A DNA stretch of 64,000 nt from Smithellaceae bacterium (GCA_963667845.2 CAXXVL010000001.1:320001-384000), one strand, 5' to 3'; positions 28,197 to 38,601 are shown, numbered from the stretch's first letter. Made by a program: numbers and translations. Notes: generated by a model not told the origin, from the letters alone.

Positions 28197-28298
28197 TTTC
28201 CAATCCCGCTCACGCCCGACGCGCGTTAATTCCCTGTCGCTTGCTGCGAAATAATGACTTTCATTTCATACCTCGACAGTCTGCTGCGAGGTTATTGA
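28197..28298 (-). repeat. Dispersed tri-hairpin element, copy 5
   Basis: Reverse complement TCAATAACCTCGCAGCAGACTGTCGAGGTATGAAATGAAAGTCATTATTTCGCAGCAAGCGACAGGGAATTAACGCGCGTCGGGCGTGAGCGGGATTGGAAA. Confidence 0.8.
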
Positions 28299-28630
28299 GT
28301 ATAGTATTTTTTTCGTCGGATGAGTAGGAAATTAAACAGCGGTTATCAATGCGCCGGCGAAACTGCCTGTTGTCTTTGAGCATTATGTCAATTATCAGGT
28401 GCTTTGCGCCGTCGGCGAATCTTTCCCGAAAGCGGAGATCGCAGTGAATGGGGAAACAAAAAATGATTATTCCATTATCTGCTGCCATCGTGTATGTCTG
28501 ACGGCAAAGTTCATATCGGTTTGGGCATCCTCCCGGAGTTCCCGGGCAAAACGAGGTGCGGGCTAAATATCCGAATCCGCGCTGTCAACTAAGCTATCCG
28601 ATATTGATTTATTTCTTTTGGGGAGGACCT

Positions 28631-30160
28631 ATGGAAAAATATCCCTGGTGGACGCCGTCGCAGATCGAATTGGCCGAAAATGCCAAAGATTTTGTAGATC
28701 GGGTGCTCATGCCGATCGGCATGCGCTCAGCACTGGAGAATAAATTCAGCTGGGAAGCCATGAAACTGATGGCGGGGCAGGGCTGGTTCGGCGCTCTGGT
28801 TCCCCGCGCCTATGGCGGTCATCTGGAAGAATGGGGCGTGACGGGCGCCGCCATTCTCAATGAAGAGGTCGCCCGCAGCGGCCTGGTCGGTCCATTGGGC
28901 ACGACCATGTTCGGGAGCGCCACACAACTCGTCCATAACGGGAACGAGAAGCAGAAAGAGAAGTGGCTGCCGCCGATGGTGCAAGGCGAGCTGCTCGGCT
29001 GCATCACAATGACCGAACCGTACGCCGGTTCCGACATCGCCTCTATTGAATCAACGGCGGTCCGCGACGGCAATGACTATATCATCAACGGCAAAAAAAG
29101 GTTTCAGACTACCGTCGGGGCAGCCGATCTGTACCTGTGCTATTTTCAAACCAGCAACAAACCGGAGGACCGGGCGGCCTATCGCCATCTGACCGCTTTT
29201 GCCGTGGAAAAGGGAACGCCCGGCTTTCATGTCGAAAGGATCAACGACATGATCGGCATGTTTGCCAATTACAACGGCAATCTGACGTTCGACGATGCCC
29301 GCGTGCCCGTCTTTAACCGTCTGGGGCAGGAGGGCGACGGCTGGAAAGTCATGATGAGCGGCCTGAATGTTGAGCGGATTCTCAACGCCGCCCCCATTCT
29401 CGGGATGATGCGTGAATGTATCCGTTATGCCCAGCAGCATCTGGCCAGACGCCTGCAATTCGGCCGGCCGACGGGCGACATCGCCACGAATCAATTCAAA
29501 ATCGCCGATATGATCTCCAAGCTCTACCTGAGCCGGCTGGTCACTTACTACGGCGCCCATTGCGCGGACCTCGGGCGGCAGGTACCCATCGAAGCCGCGG
29601 TCGCCAAACTCTTTGCCGCTGATTCCCTGATGGAAACGGTCCTGGAAGCCATCCAGTGCATGGGCGGTAACGGAGTCCTGAAAATTTATCCTGTTGGCCG
29701 CATTATGCAGGATGCCAAGTTGACGCAGATTGCGGCCGGCACCTCGGAAGTTCTCAAGCTGCTCATCTACCGTCAGGGAACAAGACAGTTGAAAGAGGAT
29801 TTGAAGGTTCCCCCGAGGGCCGTCGATCCGGAATTGAACGTTCCGCTGCCTGTGAGAAATCCCGTCACAAAAATAAAGGCTGCAAGCGAAAAGGATGTGC
29901 TCGAGGTTCTGGCTGAAAATTACCGGGTCAATCCCGGTCTCCATATGACCCTGGACGACATCCGGGAGTGGATTGAATTGAGCGATGACGATCTGACAAA
30001 ATATCTGCAAAGTCTGGAGGCCCGGGGACATGCCGGTTTATACCGGACCCGGCAGGGTATCGCGCTCGCCAGGGTTACGCTCACCGGTCTCAAGGCGGCC
30101 CACCCGCCGGAGTATTACCAGTATATTCCGAAATGGGCGGATAAAAAGGACTTGTTCTAA
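28631..30160 (+). CDS. Acyl-CoA dehydrogenase (isovaleryl-CoA DH-like motifs) with C-terminal winged-helix-like extension
   Basis: MTEPYAGSD, INGKKRF, GLNVER, RLQFGRP, IAAGTSEV; about 120 extra C-terminal aa; GGAGG RBS. Confidence 0.9.
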   Translation: MEKYPWWTPSQIELAENAKDFVDRVLMPIGMRSALENKFSWEAMKLMAGQGWFGALVPRAYGGHLEEWGVTGAAILNEEVARSGLVGPLGTTMFGSATQLVHNGNEKQKEKWLPPMVQGELLGCITMTEPYAGSDIASIESTAVRDGNDYIINGKKRFQTTVGAADLYLCYFQTSNKPEDRAAYRHLTAFAVEKGTPGFHVERINDMIGMFANYNGNLTFDDARVPVFNRLGQEGDGWKVMMSGLNVERILNAAPILGMMRECIRYAQQHLARRLQFGRPTGDIATNQFKIADMISKLYLSRLVTYYGAHCADLGRQVPIEAAVAKLFAADSLMETVLEAIQCMGGNGVLKIYPVGRIMQDAKLTQIAAGTSEVLKLLIYRQGTRQLKEDLKVPPRAVDPELNVPLPVRNPVTKIKAASEKDVLEVLAENYRVNPGLHMTLDDIREWIELSDDDLTKYLQSLEARGHAGLYRTRQGIALARVTLTGLKAAHPPEYYQYIPKWADKKDLF

Positions 30161-30193
30161 GAATGCCCTGCTGCCTGAATAATTATCGTTTTG

Positions 30194-31279
30194 TCAGGCT
30201 TTGCGCGCTTTCAGGTATTTCCCGACCCGGTCGAGGCCTTCCTCGATCTTGTCCACGTCGAGGGCGTAGGAAAACCGCACACGGTCCGGTGCGCCGAACC
30301 ACTCACCCAGATAGGTGATCACCTTGTGGTCATGGAACATATCCCAGACAAAGGCCTTGGGATTGGCAATCTTCGGGAGCACGTAGAAGGCTCCCTCCGG
30401 CTTCCAGAGATCGAGGCCCAGTTCGACCATGCCTTTGTAAATCATATCCCTGCGCGATTCCCAGATTTTCAGCTGTTCTTCGACATAGCGTTTGGGCACC
30501 GTGGTGGCGGTATAAGCCATTTCCTGGCCGATAATGCTGGTGTTCATCGAGGTATGCGACTTCATTTCAATGACCATCTTTACCAGCTCCGCATCCAGCG
30601 ACCAGAGATACCCGACGCGCAGGCCGGTCATGGCAAAGGTTTTGGAAAATGAATTGATGGTGACCACATGAGGCCCTTTGATCAGATAGTTTTCCCGGAC
30701 ATAGATCAGGTCCTTGTAAACCTCATCGGAAAGAACGTAGACTTCAAGCTCCTCGGCGATCTTCTCAACCTTCTGCAGGGTCTCGATCGCTTCCACTCTG
30801 CCTGTCGGGTTGGAGGGCGAGTTAATCAGCACGGCCTGGCAATCTTTGATCTTCTGCTCGAAGTCCTCATACACGATCCGGCCTTCCTGCATGTCGGTGA
30901 ATACCGGCTCGAACCCGGCAAACTCCACCAGCGGCAGATAGGAATAATAATAGGGGCGGCACAGCAGGCATTTCGGTTTCCGGCGATGCTTCTTTTTGTA
31001 TAGCCAGGCGATGGCCCGCAGCGAAAGATCCAGGGCCTCGGAAGCGCCGTTGGTGATGACGAAGCTGTTTGCCGTGGAGTACGGATACTGTTTGGCCAGG
31101 GCGTTGCGCAGGTTCTCCTGACCCTGGATGAGCCCGTACTTGAAGCCGCTGTAATCCGGCAGAATATCGTAAACCTCTTGGGGCGGCGGCAAATCCGGCT
31201 GTCCCGAGCCAAACGAAATGATTCCTTCACCGCTGACTCCGATAAACATCGCTGCCGTCAGCTTCCTGTCTTCATGCAT
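30194..31279 (-). CDS. PLP-dependent aminotransferase class I/II
   Basis: GQPD, NSPSNPTG, SDEVY, SFSKTFAMTGLRVG. Confidence 0.9.
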   Translation of the reverse strand: MHEDRKLTAAMFIGVSGEGIISFGSGQPDLPPPQEVYDILPDYSGFKYGLIQGQENLRNALAKQYPYSTANSFVITNGASEALDLSLRAIAWLYKKKHRRKPKCLLCRPYYYSYLPLVEFAGFEPVFTDMQEGRIVYEDFEQKIKDCQAVLINSPSNPTGRVEAIETLQKVEKIAEELEVYVLSDEVYKDLIYVRENYLIKGPHVVTINSFSKTFAMTGLRVGYLWSLDAELVKMVIEMKSHTSMNTSIIGQEMAYTATTVPKRYVEEQLKIWESRRDMIYKGMVELGLDLWKPEGAFYVLPKIANPKAFVWDMFHDHKVITYLGEWFGAPDRVRFSYALDVDKIEEGLDRVGKYLKARKA

Positions 31280-31643
31280 CTGTATTTCTCCTTTGCGTTT
31301 ATGCGATGATAAACGCTGAGTCACTGTTCGTCATTTGCATAAACCATTTCTTTCTCTACATATATACATATCTCAAGGGTTATTGTCCAATGACTTAGTT
31401 GATGCTTTCACCAACGATTTTCTTAATCGATCTATATCAGATGCTATTGCCGTCCAGAAGCAGACGCTGATCCATACGCTGCGCAACCGGGCGGGACATC
31501 TCCGGCGGATAAGAGCGCACCGTAAGAAGGTGGTGGGGTAATGGGGATGAGCGCCTTGATTATCGCATACGAACCTGCTGCCGTAATCAAAAAGCGAGGT
31601 TCAAAGCGTCCCGTGCTGCTCTCCAGTGATCATCAATATTGCA

Positions 31644-31672
31644 TTGACATAAGAGCCCGCGTTTCCTATACT
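31644..31672 (+). promoter_or_regulatory. Sigma-70 promoter upstream of the binding-protein genes
   Basis: TTGACA-17 nt-TATACT. Confidence 0.6.
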
Positions 31673-31842
31673 CCATCTCACAAAAAGAAAGATCTCATCA
31701 GAAATAGTCTCATCGTAAAGCGTTTGATTGCTGTTTTCCACAGTGGGACACATGTAGCGTATTTCCTCACCACGATCAATAAAGGGTGCACTTTAGGGTG
31801 TGTAAATATTGATTGAAACAAGAATACCAGAGGAGGAGATTT

Positions 31843-33204
31843 ATGATGAAGCGTCGTCGAAGAGTTGCATTTTTTATTATCTCAGTAATTGTCCCGGCCA
31901 TAGTAGCGGCCATTCTCTGCATGCCTCCATCGTCTTATGCCCAGAAGGGGGAGCCGATCGTCATCGGTTATATCGGTATGGTTGCATCGCCGGGAACGAG
32001 ACCCTGCATGGACGTTCAGAAAATGGCGGTGGAAGAACTCAATGCCACCGGCGGCATTATGGGACGGCCGGTTAAGTATGTGGTGATGGACAACAAGGGG
32101 GATACTTCCCTGTCTGTTGAAGCCTTCCGGAAACTGGTGATCGAAGACAAGGCAAAACTGATCTCCGTGGAAGGCCGATCGGAAATCTGCCTGGCTGTGC
32201 AGGAAGCCTCGGGATCGATGTTTAAAGAGTATCCTCACATTCTGATCTTTAACGGTCCGATGGGTTCGGAGCTGACGGCGCGGATACTCGATCAGGCTCC
32301 GAAATACGACCACTGCTTCCGTGACTGGGATCCGGAACCGGCCCATTACGCACACATGAAATATTTCTTCACGTACCTCTATCCCAAAGTGATGAAGGCG
32401 AAAAGACTGGCCATTCTTTGGGAAGATCTTGCCTGGACAACCGAATGGCGCAAAGGAATCGATTATATCAAGCTGCCGACCTGGGACAAACTGGCTAAAG
32501 ATTCCGGTCTGGAAGTTGTCTACAGCAAGGCGGTCAAGCCGCGTGGCACCATGTATCTGCCGATTCTGCAGGATATCAAGAAAGCCAACGCCGATGTGAT
32601 TTTCTATTGCAGCTCCTGGTTCACGGATACGGAGTCATTTACAAAGCAGTGGTCTGATTCCGCGGCCAAGGATATTGCCGTCCATCTTTACGGGGGTGTC
32701 TCGCAGACCCAGAATTTCTGGAAGATGACGGGCGGTAAAGGCCTGGGCATCGTTACGGGTTATACGGATTTGAGCACCACCCCGATTACGCCGCAGACGA
32801 TTCCCCTCGTCAAGAAAGCGAACATGCGCGGCATTCCCATGCAGCAGCATGTGCATCTTGCCTATGCCGATATCCAGCATTTCAAGAATGCGGTAGTATA
32901 TGCGAAGGGAACGACCGACATGAAAAAGCTGATCAAGGGGATGGAAGAGGTGACCACACCCTATTCTCTGGGAAAGATGAAATACCAGACCCAGAAAATC
33001 AAACCGTTCTACCACTCCCTGATGCGGGTGGATCCGAACGACCCCTATAAGACCTACCCCGGGCAATTTTTCCAGCCGGAAGCCCAGTTCCAGAAGAACG
33101 GCCAGGTGGTTATCATCAGCGAATCCTGTCCGGAGAATGAAAAACTCTTAAAGCAGTATCTTCATCCGGAGGCCTATAAGACACCGGCCGAGCTAAGAAA
33201 ATAG
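31843..33204 (+). CDS. ABC transporter substrate-binding protein (LivK/PBP1 type)
   Basis: Signal peptide; PIVIG, MAVEELNATGGIMGRPV...DNKG. Confidence 0.85.
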   Translation: MMKRRRRVAFFIISVIVPAIVAAILCMPPSSYAQKGEPIVIGYIGMVASPGTRPCMDVQKMAVEELNATGGIMGRPVKYVVMDNKGDTSLSVEAFRKLVIEDKAKLISVEGRSEICLAVQEASGSMFKEYPHILIFNGPMGSELTARILDQAPKYDHCFRDWDPEPAHYAHMKYFFTYLYPKVMKAKRLAILWEDLAWTTEWRKGIDYIKLPTWDKLAKDSGLEVVYSKAVKPRGTMYLPILQDIKKANADVIFYCSSWFTDTESFTKQWSDSAAKDIAVHLYGGVSQTQNFWKMTGGKGLGIVTGYTDLSTTPITPQTIPLVKKANMRGIPMQQHVHLAYADIQHFKNAVVYAKGTTDMKKLIKGMEEVTTPYSLGKMKYQTQKIKPFYHSLMRVDPNDPYKTYPGQFFQPEAQFQKNGQVVIISESCPENEKLLKQYLHPEAYKTPAELRK

Positions 33205-33226
33205 TCAAGAGTATTTAGCGGATTGA

Positions 33227-33266
33227 AAAGGGGCGGCTCCGGTTATGGAGTCGCCTTTCTTTCTTT
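33227..33266 (+). terminator. Intrinsic terminator
   Basis: GGCGGCTCC-GGTTAT-GGAGTCGCC followed by TTTCTTT. Confidence 0.6.
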
Positions 33267-33299
33267 GGTAACAAAAAATTAACAGTGGGAGGTAACGGT

Positions 33300-34418
33300 A
33301 TGAAAAAGATCACTGTGCTGCTTGTGCTCTTCGCAATGATTGCGGTGCCGGGCGCTCCAATTGCCAGAGCCGATGATACGATCAGGATCGGGGCCGCCTT
33401 TGCCCTGTCCGGAAGCCTTGCCGTTTACGGTGAGGGCCTCAAGATGTGCATCGATCTGGCCGTCGGGGAGATCAATGCCCGGGGCGGCATCAAGGGTAGG
33501 AAGATCGAGATCGTGTACGAAGACAACAAAAGCAACCCCGAGGACTCCGTCAGGGCCGTCCGGAAGCTCATCACGGTAGATAAGGTCCCCGTGATATTCG
33601 GGCCCGCCGCCAGTTCCAATTTCATGGCGGCGGCTCCCGTTGCCCAGGAGAACAGAGTTGTGCTGCTCTCGGCGCAGGGCGCCGCAGTCGGTCTGACGGG
33701 GGCGGGAGATTACATCTTTCGCGTGTTCCCCTCGGATACCCTGCAGGGGCCTCGCCTGGCGAAGCTCGCTATGAGCATGGGCTACAAAAGGGTCCCCGTC
33801 ATGTATGTCGGCAATGACTGGGGTCTCGGCCTGAAGGATTCCTTCGTGAACGCCTACAGGAAGATGGGCGGGACGGTGACGGACGTCATCGCCTGCGCTG
33901 AGAATAAGACGGACTACCGCACGGAACTTCTCCGCGCCGGCAAGGGCAGCCCCCCGGCCATCGTCAATCTAACTTACATCAACGAAGGTGCCGTGCAGTT
34001 CAAGCAGGCCTTCGCGCTGGGCATCAAGACGCAGTGGCTCTGCGGTTCCGCCGCCAGGGCGCCCAAGATGGTGGAGCTGGCCGGAATGGTCGCAGACGGG
34101 GTCATGGGCACCTACCCCGCGGTTCCCCAGAACACAAAGGTCTACCGGGCATTTAAGGAAGCATACAAGAAGAAGTACGGCGACGACAAGATTCCCATTT
34201 TCGGCGATTACAATTACGACATGGTCTATATCACAGCCGGGGCGATCGAAAAGGCCGGCTACACGGCCAACGGGATTCGCAAAGCCCTGCCCGGTGCGGC
34301 CAGGGGATACAAGGGCGTAACCGGAGATAAAACTTTCGACGCACAGAGAAGCCCGAAATTCGCCGAATACGGCATCTGGATTGTCAAGAACGGCAAGATT
34401 GAGGATTACAAAAAATAA
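33300..34418 (+). CDS. Branched-chain amino acid ABC transporter substrate-binding protein (LivK-like)
   Basis: IRIG...LSG, EINARGGIKGRKIE...EDNKSNP, YIFRVFPSD, GVTG. Confidence 0.9.
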   Translation: MKKITVLLVLFAMIAVPGAPIARADDTIRIGAAFALSGSLAVYGEGLKMCIDLAVGEINARGGIKGRKIEIVYEDNKSNPEDSVRAVRKLITVDKVPVIFGPAASSNFMAAAPVAQENRVVLLSAQGAAVGLTGAGDYIFRVFPSDTLQGPRLAKLAMSMGYKRVPVMYVGNDWGLGLKDSFVNAYRKMGGTVTDVIACAENKTDYRTELLRAGKGSPPAIVNLTYINEGAVQFKQAFALGIKTQWLCGSAARAPKMVELAGMVADGVMGTYPAVPQNTKVYRAFKEAYKKKYGDDKIPIFGDYNYDMVYITAGAIEKAGYTANGIRKALPGAARGYKGVTGDKTFDAQRSPKFAEYGIWIVKNGKIEDYKK

Positions 34419-34925
34419 ACGGATCGCCAAGATGGAGAGGACTTTTCCCGTCAGCAGATGCGGCCTTTTGTTTTTTTTGTCGGCGGAGCGTTCCATGCGA
34501 CGTCGGGCCGGGGATGCTTCGGATAGCAGGGAAGCAATAAGGAAAGAACTTCAATATATCAAAACAATATGGACAGTGTTCTGTTTGGGCCATTGATCGG
34601 TGATTTGTTTTTCTTCGGCCCACCCGGCTTGTATTTCGTGAATGCAAAAATAAGAGGGCGCATTCTATTTAATGAAGGCGATATTGAAAATCAGAAATGA
34701 ATAATGGAACCCGTGCCGTTTTTTCGCAAAAACATATCAATTAATATTTTGAAGCACATCCCTATTTCCCCTCGATCCTATACTGCATTATTCAGCACTT
34801 TCCTGTCTGACCACTCTTCCGGGATATTGGAATTGCTCATTGAGGCTTTCTATGTTAGCAGTTTTCCGGTTGAAAAAATGTTTGCACCAAAGCAAGCTAA
34901 ACATATTTAGGAGGAAAATAGTAAA

Positions 34926-36596
34926 ATGGAAGCAAGACCCTGGCACAAGTATTACGATCCCGGAGTACCCCCTTTTTTTAACGCACCGCGCATTACGGCT
35001 CAGGAACTATTAGGCGCATCCGCCGCGTATCAGCCTGACAAAGTCGCGCTGGACATGTACGGGTCCGAGATAACCTTTCATGAACTTCGACAAATGTCTT
35101 TGCGCATGGCCAATGCCATGGTGAAGCTGGGGATCAAGAAGGGTGATCGGGTTGGTCTGGCATTGCCGAACTGTTCTCAGTTTGTCGTGGCCTATCTGTC
35201 CATCCTGACCACAGGCGCAATCGTCGTCAACCTCAATCCCATGTATACACAAGGCGAGCTCAAGTTCATGATGGAAAATACCGGCGTCAGCGCGCTGGTT
35301 ACCTTTGACGGAGCACTCCCGACGTTCCGGCCGCTGGCGAAAGACCTGGGAATCAAGAACGTGATCGTAACGAAGGTTTCCGACTTTATGAATGGTGTGC
35401 CGGGAAGCTCGGCCACGAGCCTTAATCTGGAAGAAGGATGGCAGCATTTCTCGGAACTGCTGGAATCATCCACGGATGCGCGCATCCCCCGCATCAGCAT
35501 CACATCGGATGATCCGGCGCTGATCCAGTTTACCGGCGGAACAACGGGCCTTCCCAAGGGGGCGGTTCTTACCCATTATAATATTGTATCCTCCGTCCAC
35601 ATGGGTTCTTTCTGGTGTCCCAGTTTAGCGTCCTACAGCACAATCCAGGAACGCTCTGTCCTCAGCCTGATTCCCTACTTTCATATCTACGGCACTATTT
35701 CCGCCATGAATTGGGGATTGTTTAACTGCGGCACGCAGATCATCCTGCCCAGATTCGATTTGGAAGAAGTGGTCGCGACGATCGCCAAGTATCCCAAGAT
35801 CACGTATTTCCCGGCCGTGCCGACGATGATCACCGCATTGCTGAGCCATCCGAAAGTCAAGGAAATGAATTTAGGGAAACGGTTTTCCTTCATCGGATCC
35901 GGCGGCGCCCCGATGCCCGAGGAGCTGATCTGGCAGCTGCGTGATCTCGGCGTATTTTTCTTTGAAGGGTACGGCATGAGCGAGTCCACATCGGTCGGCG
36001 CCTGCAACCCGGTTACCGGCCTCAACAAAACCGGTTCGATCGGCCTTCCGTATCTAAATATGGATGTTCGCCTGGTGGATATCGAAAACGGCGTTGACGA
36101 TGTGAAGCAAGGCGAGCCCGGTGAAATCCTCATGAAGGGTCCGACCATTATGAAGGGATACTGGAACAATCCCGAAGAAACGGCCAATCAGCTCAAGGAT
36201 GGCTGGCTCTATACGGGAGACATTGCCATCGCTGATGAAGATGGATTCCTTTTCATTGTCGATCGCAAAAAGGACATGATCATTGCGGGAGGATTCAACA
36301 TCTATCCCCGCGAGGTGGATGAGGTCCTGTACCAGCATCCCAAAGTGAAGGAAGCGGTAACCGTCGGCATACCCGATCCTTACCGGGGAGAAACCATCAA
36401 GGTTTATGTAACGCTGAAACAGGATCAAACCTGTACGGACAAGGAAATTATCAATTTCTGCAAAGAAAAACTGGCGCCGTACAAAGTGCCCAGACTGGTT
36501 GAATTCCGGCCTGAGATTCCCAAGTCGGCTGTCGGGAAAATTCTCCGGAAGATTCTGCGGGATGAAGAAATAGCCAAACAGAAGACAAAGGCATAA
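34926..36596 (+). CDS. Long-chain-fatty-acid--CoA ligase
   Basis: QFTGGTTGLPKG, EGYGMSE, TGDIA, DRKKDMI, PKSAVGK. Confidence 0.92.
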   Translation: MEARPWHKYYDPGVPPFFNAPRITAQELLGASAAYQPDKVALDMYGSEITFHELRQMSLRMANAMVKLGIKKGDRVGLALPNCSQFVVAYLSILTTGAIVVNLNPMYTQGELKFMMENTGVSALVTFDGALPTFRPLAKDLGIKNVIVTKVSDFMNGVPGSSATSLNLEEGWQHFSELLESSTDARIPRISITSDDPALIQFTGGTTGLPKGAVLTHYNIVSSVHMGSFWCPSLASYSTIQERSVLSLIPYFHIYGTISAMNWGLFNCGTQIILPRFDLEEVVATIAKYPKITYFPAVPTMITALLSHPKVKEMNLGKRFSFIGSGGAPMPEELIWQLRDLGVFFFEGYGMSESTSVGACNPVTGLNKTGSIGLPYLNMDVRLVDIENGVDDVKQGEPGEILMKGPTIMKGYWNNPEETANQLKDGWLYTGDIAIADEDGFLFIVDRKKDMIIAGGFNIYPREVDEVLYQHPKVKEAVTVGIPDPYRGETIKVYVTLKQDQTCTDKEIINFCKEKLAPYKVPRLVEFRPEIPKSAVGKILRKILRDEEIAKQKTKA

Positions 36597-36615
36597 TAGG
36601 TCTTGACCACCGTGA

Positions 36616-36651
36616 CCGGTTCCAGTCGTACTTAAAACGACCGGAACCGGT
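36616..36651 (+). terminator. Hairpin downstream of the CoA ligase
   Basis: GACCGGTTCC...GGAACCGGTC stem with inner GTCG/CGAC. Confidence 0.45.
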
Positions 36652-36773
36652 CGCGGCGCCTCAGGCAGCAGGCGAAACAGCCAACTGGTCCCTTTTAACT
36701 TGACATCTGATGCAGGTCATATAACTACCATGGTGGAAGTCATAAAATAATAATACCGGTATAAGGAGGAACC

Positions 36774-37577
36774 ATGAGCGAACTGGTAAAAATTTCAATC
36801 GAAAATCATATGGCGGACGTCCGCTTCAACCGGCCTGAAAAATACAACGCTTTGAGCTTTGCTATGATTGACGCCATGGCCAACGCCATCAACCGGCTGG
36901 CCGGGGAGCCCGGTGTTCGCGTCGTCGTCATCTCCGGCGAAGGCAAGAGCTTCTGCGCCGGCCTGGATATTGAGAACTTCGCGGCTTTGCAATCAGGAGA
37001 AAATAAGTTTCCCGATCTTACGGATCGCTACCAGAACCGGATTTCCAATATCTATCAGCATATCGGATACGGATGGAAAGAGCTTCCCGTGCCGGTGATC
37101 GCGGCCATTCATGGCGTAGCGCTGGGCGGCGGTTTCCAGATTGCCATGGGGGCGGACATTCGCTTCAGCACACCCGATGCCAAATTCTCGCTGATGGAAA
37201 TGAAATGGGGATTGATTCCGGATATGAGCATTACCCAGACTATCCGCGATGTCGTGTCGATTGACGTGGCCAAGGAATTGATCTTTACGGGCAAAGTCAT
37301 CAAAGGCGAGGAAGCGGCCCGCTTGAATCTGGTGACGCATGTCTGCGAAAAGCCCTATGAAGATGCCATGACCCTGGCGCGGGAGATCGCATCCAAAAAT
37401 CCCGATGCCGTGCGCGCGGCAAAGAAGCTCATTAACGAAGTGTGGCATGGCGATTCGGGCCGGGGCCTGCTGATGGAATCCGAACTGATGATGACGCTCA
37501 TGGGGAGTCCCAACCAGCTTGCGGCGGTTACCGCAGCCTTTACCAAGCGTCCGCCCGAATTCAAGGACCCGGCGTGA
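36774..37577 (+). CDS. Crotonase/enoyl-CoA hydratase family protein
   Basis: NRPEKYNA, FCAGLD, HGVALGGGFQ, MEMKWGLIPD. Confidence 0.9.
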   Translation: MSELVKISIENHMADVRFNRPEKYNALSFAMIDAMANAINRLAGEPGVRVVVISGEGKSFCAGLDIENFAALQSGENKFPDLTDRYQNRISNIYQHIGYGWKELPVPVIAAIHGVALGGGFQIAMGADIRFSTPDAKFSLMEMKWGLIPDMSITQTIRDVVSIDVAKELIFTGKVIKGEEAARLNLVTHVCEKPYEDAMTLAREIASKNPDAVRAAKKLINEVWHGDSGRGLLMESELMMTLMGSPNQLAAVTAAFTKRPPEFKDPA

Positions 37578-37618
37578 CCGCGTAATTTGCAGTGGCTCAT
37601 TTTGTAATGGAGAACTCT

Positions 37619-38008
37619 ATGCAATGCGATCTTCATCATGTCCATCTCTTCGCATCCGATCTTGATGAGAGCATCCGATTTTATCGTGAAATGTTCGGTG
37701 CGGAAATCCTGTTTGATGAAATTGTAGCCTCGGTGCGTAATGTCCTCATACGCATTGGAACCGGCCGCATCAATTTTTACGACCAGCCACCGCGGGATAC
37801 CGGTAAAAGTGCCATGCATCACCTCGGAATCCTGACGGATGATATTTCCGCACTGGTCGCTCATATGGAGGCGAAGGGTTTCAACTTCCGATCGCCCATC
37901 AGAGACTTCGGCGATCTTAAATACATTATGATCGAGGGGCCCGACCGGGTTTTGATAGAAGTCTTTGAAACGCAGGCAGTTGATGAGACAAAGACTGTAC
38001 CGGCATGA
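37619..38008 (+). CDS. VOC/glyoxalase family protein
   Basis: LHHVHL, FYREMFG, HHLG, GPDRVLIE. Confidence 0.85.
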   Translation: MQCDLHHVHLFASDLDESIRFYREMFGAEILFDEIVASVRNVLIRIGTGRINFYDQPPRDTGKSAMHHLGILTDDISALVAHMEAKGFNFRSPIRDFGDLKYIMIEGPDRVLIEVFETQAVDETKTVPA

Positions 38009-38142
38009 GTGAGAATAAACCGGTATCGGCAATACGGGCTGATTTCCCGGTGCGCGTCGCTGCCACGGAGTTTGAAATTTGCCGGCAATCAGTATATAGG
38101 TTGCCGGCACGGCGCTCTCAAATACGGCTTAAGGAGGTTAGG

Positions 38143-38601
38143 GTGATTAAAGCAAAGTATAAATGTGTGGTGAGTATTACTGCTCTTATCCTGTTCACGA
38201 TGATTACATTCGCCCATGGTGAAGCGTTGCAGCCGGCGCAAATCACGCCGGACCAGCTTAGCCAGATGCGCTGGTCGGTGAGCCCCAGAGGACTTCAGGA
38301 GCTGATCATTATCGGGAATCCCGCAAACTCCGGAATGTACGTGGTTCGCTCAAAATATACATCCGGCTTGCGGACCGAACCTCACTTTCATCCGGACAAT
38401 AGAATCGTTACCGTACTGTCCGGCACGATGTATCTCGGCTACGGCAAAAAGTTCGACGAGAAAAAAATGAAAGCGCTGCCGGCAGGCAGTATCTGGACCG
38501 AACCGGCAAACCAGCCTCATTTTTCTTGGGCGAAAGACGGCGAGGTGCTTATCCAGATCATCGGCTCCGGTCCATCCGGCGTGACGTCCGCGCGTCCATA
38601 A
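38143..38601 (+). CDS. Secreted cupin-domain protein
   Basis: AGGAGG RBS and GTG 38143; PHFHP...VLSG and PANQPHF cupin motifs. Confidence 0.8.
   Translation: MIKAKYKCVVSITALILFTMITFAHGEALQPAQITPDQLSQMRWSVSPRGLQELIIIGNPANSGMYVVRSKYTSGLRTEPHFHPDNRIVTVLSGTMYLGYGKKFDEKKMKALPAGSIWTEPANQPHFSWAKDGEVLIQIIGSGPSGVTSARP

Noticed and set aside
28414..28450. c-di-GMP-I riboswitch-like GGCGAATC...GAAA...GATCGCA
   Set aside because: Lacks the GCAAAG junction and second stem of the GEMM motif.
31744..31758. Sigma-54 promoter TGGGACACATGTAGC
   Set aside because: GG-N10-GC spacing is right, but both boxes mismatch the consensus and a good sigma-70 promoter lies just upstream.
36700..36725. Sigma-70 promoter TTGACA...TATAAC before the crotonase gene
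   Set aside because: The spacer is only 14 nt, so it was not called.
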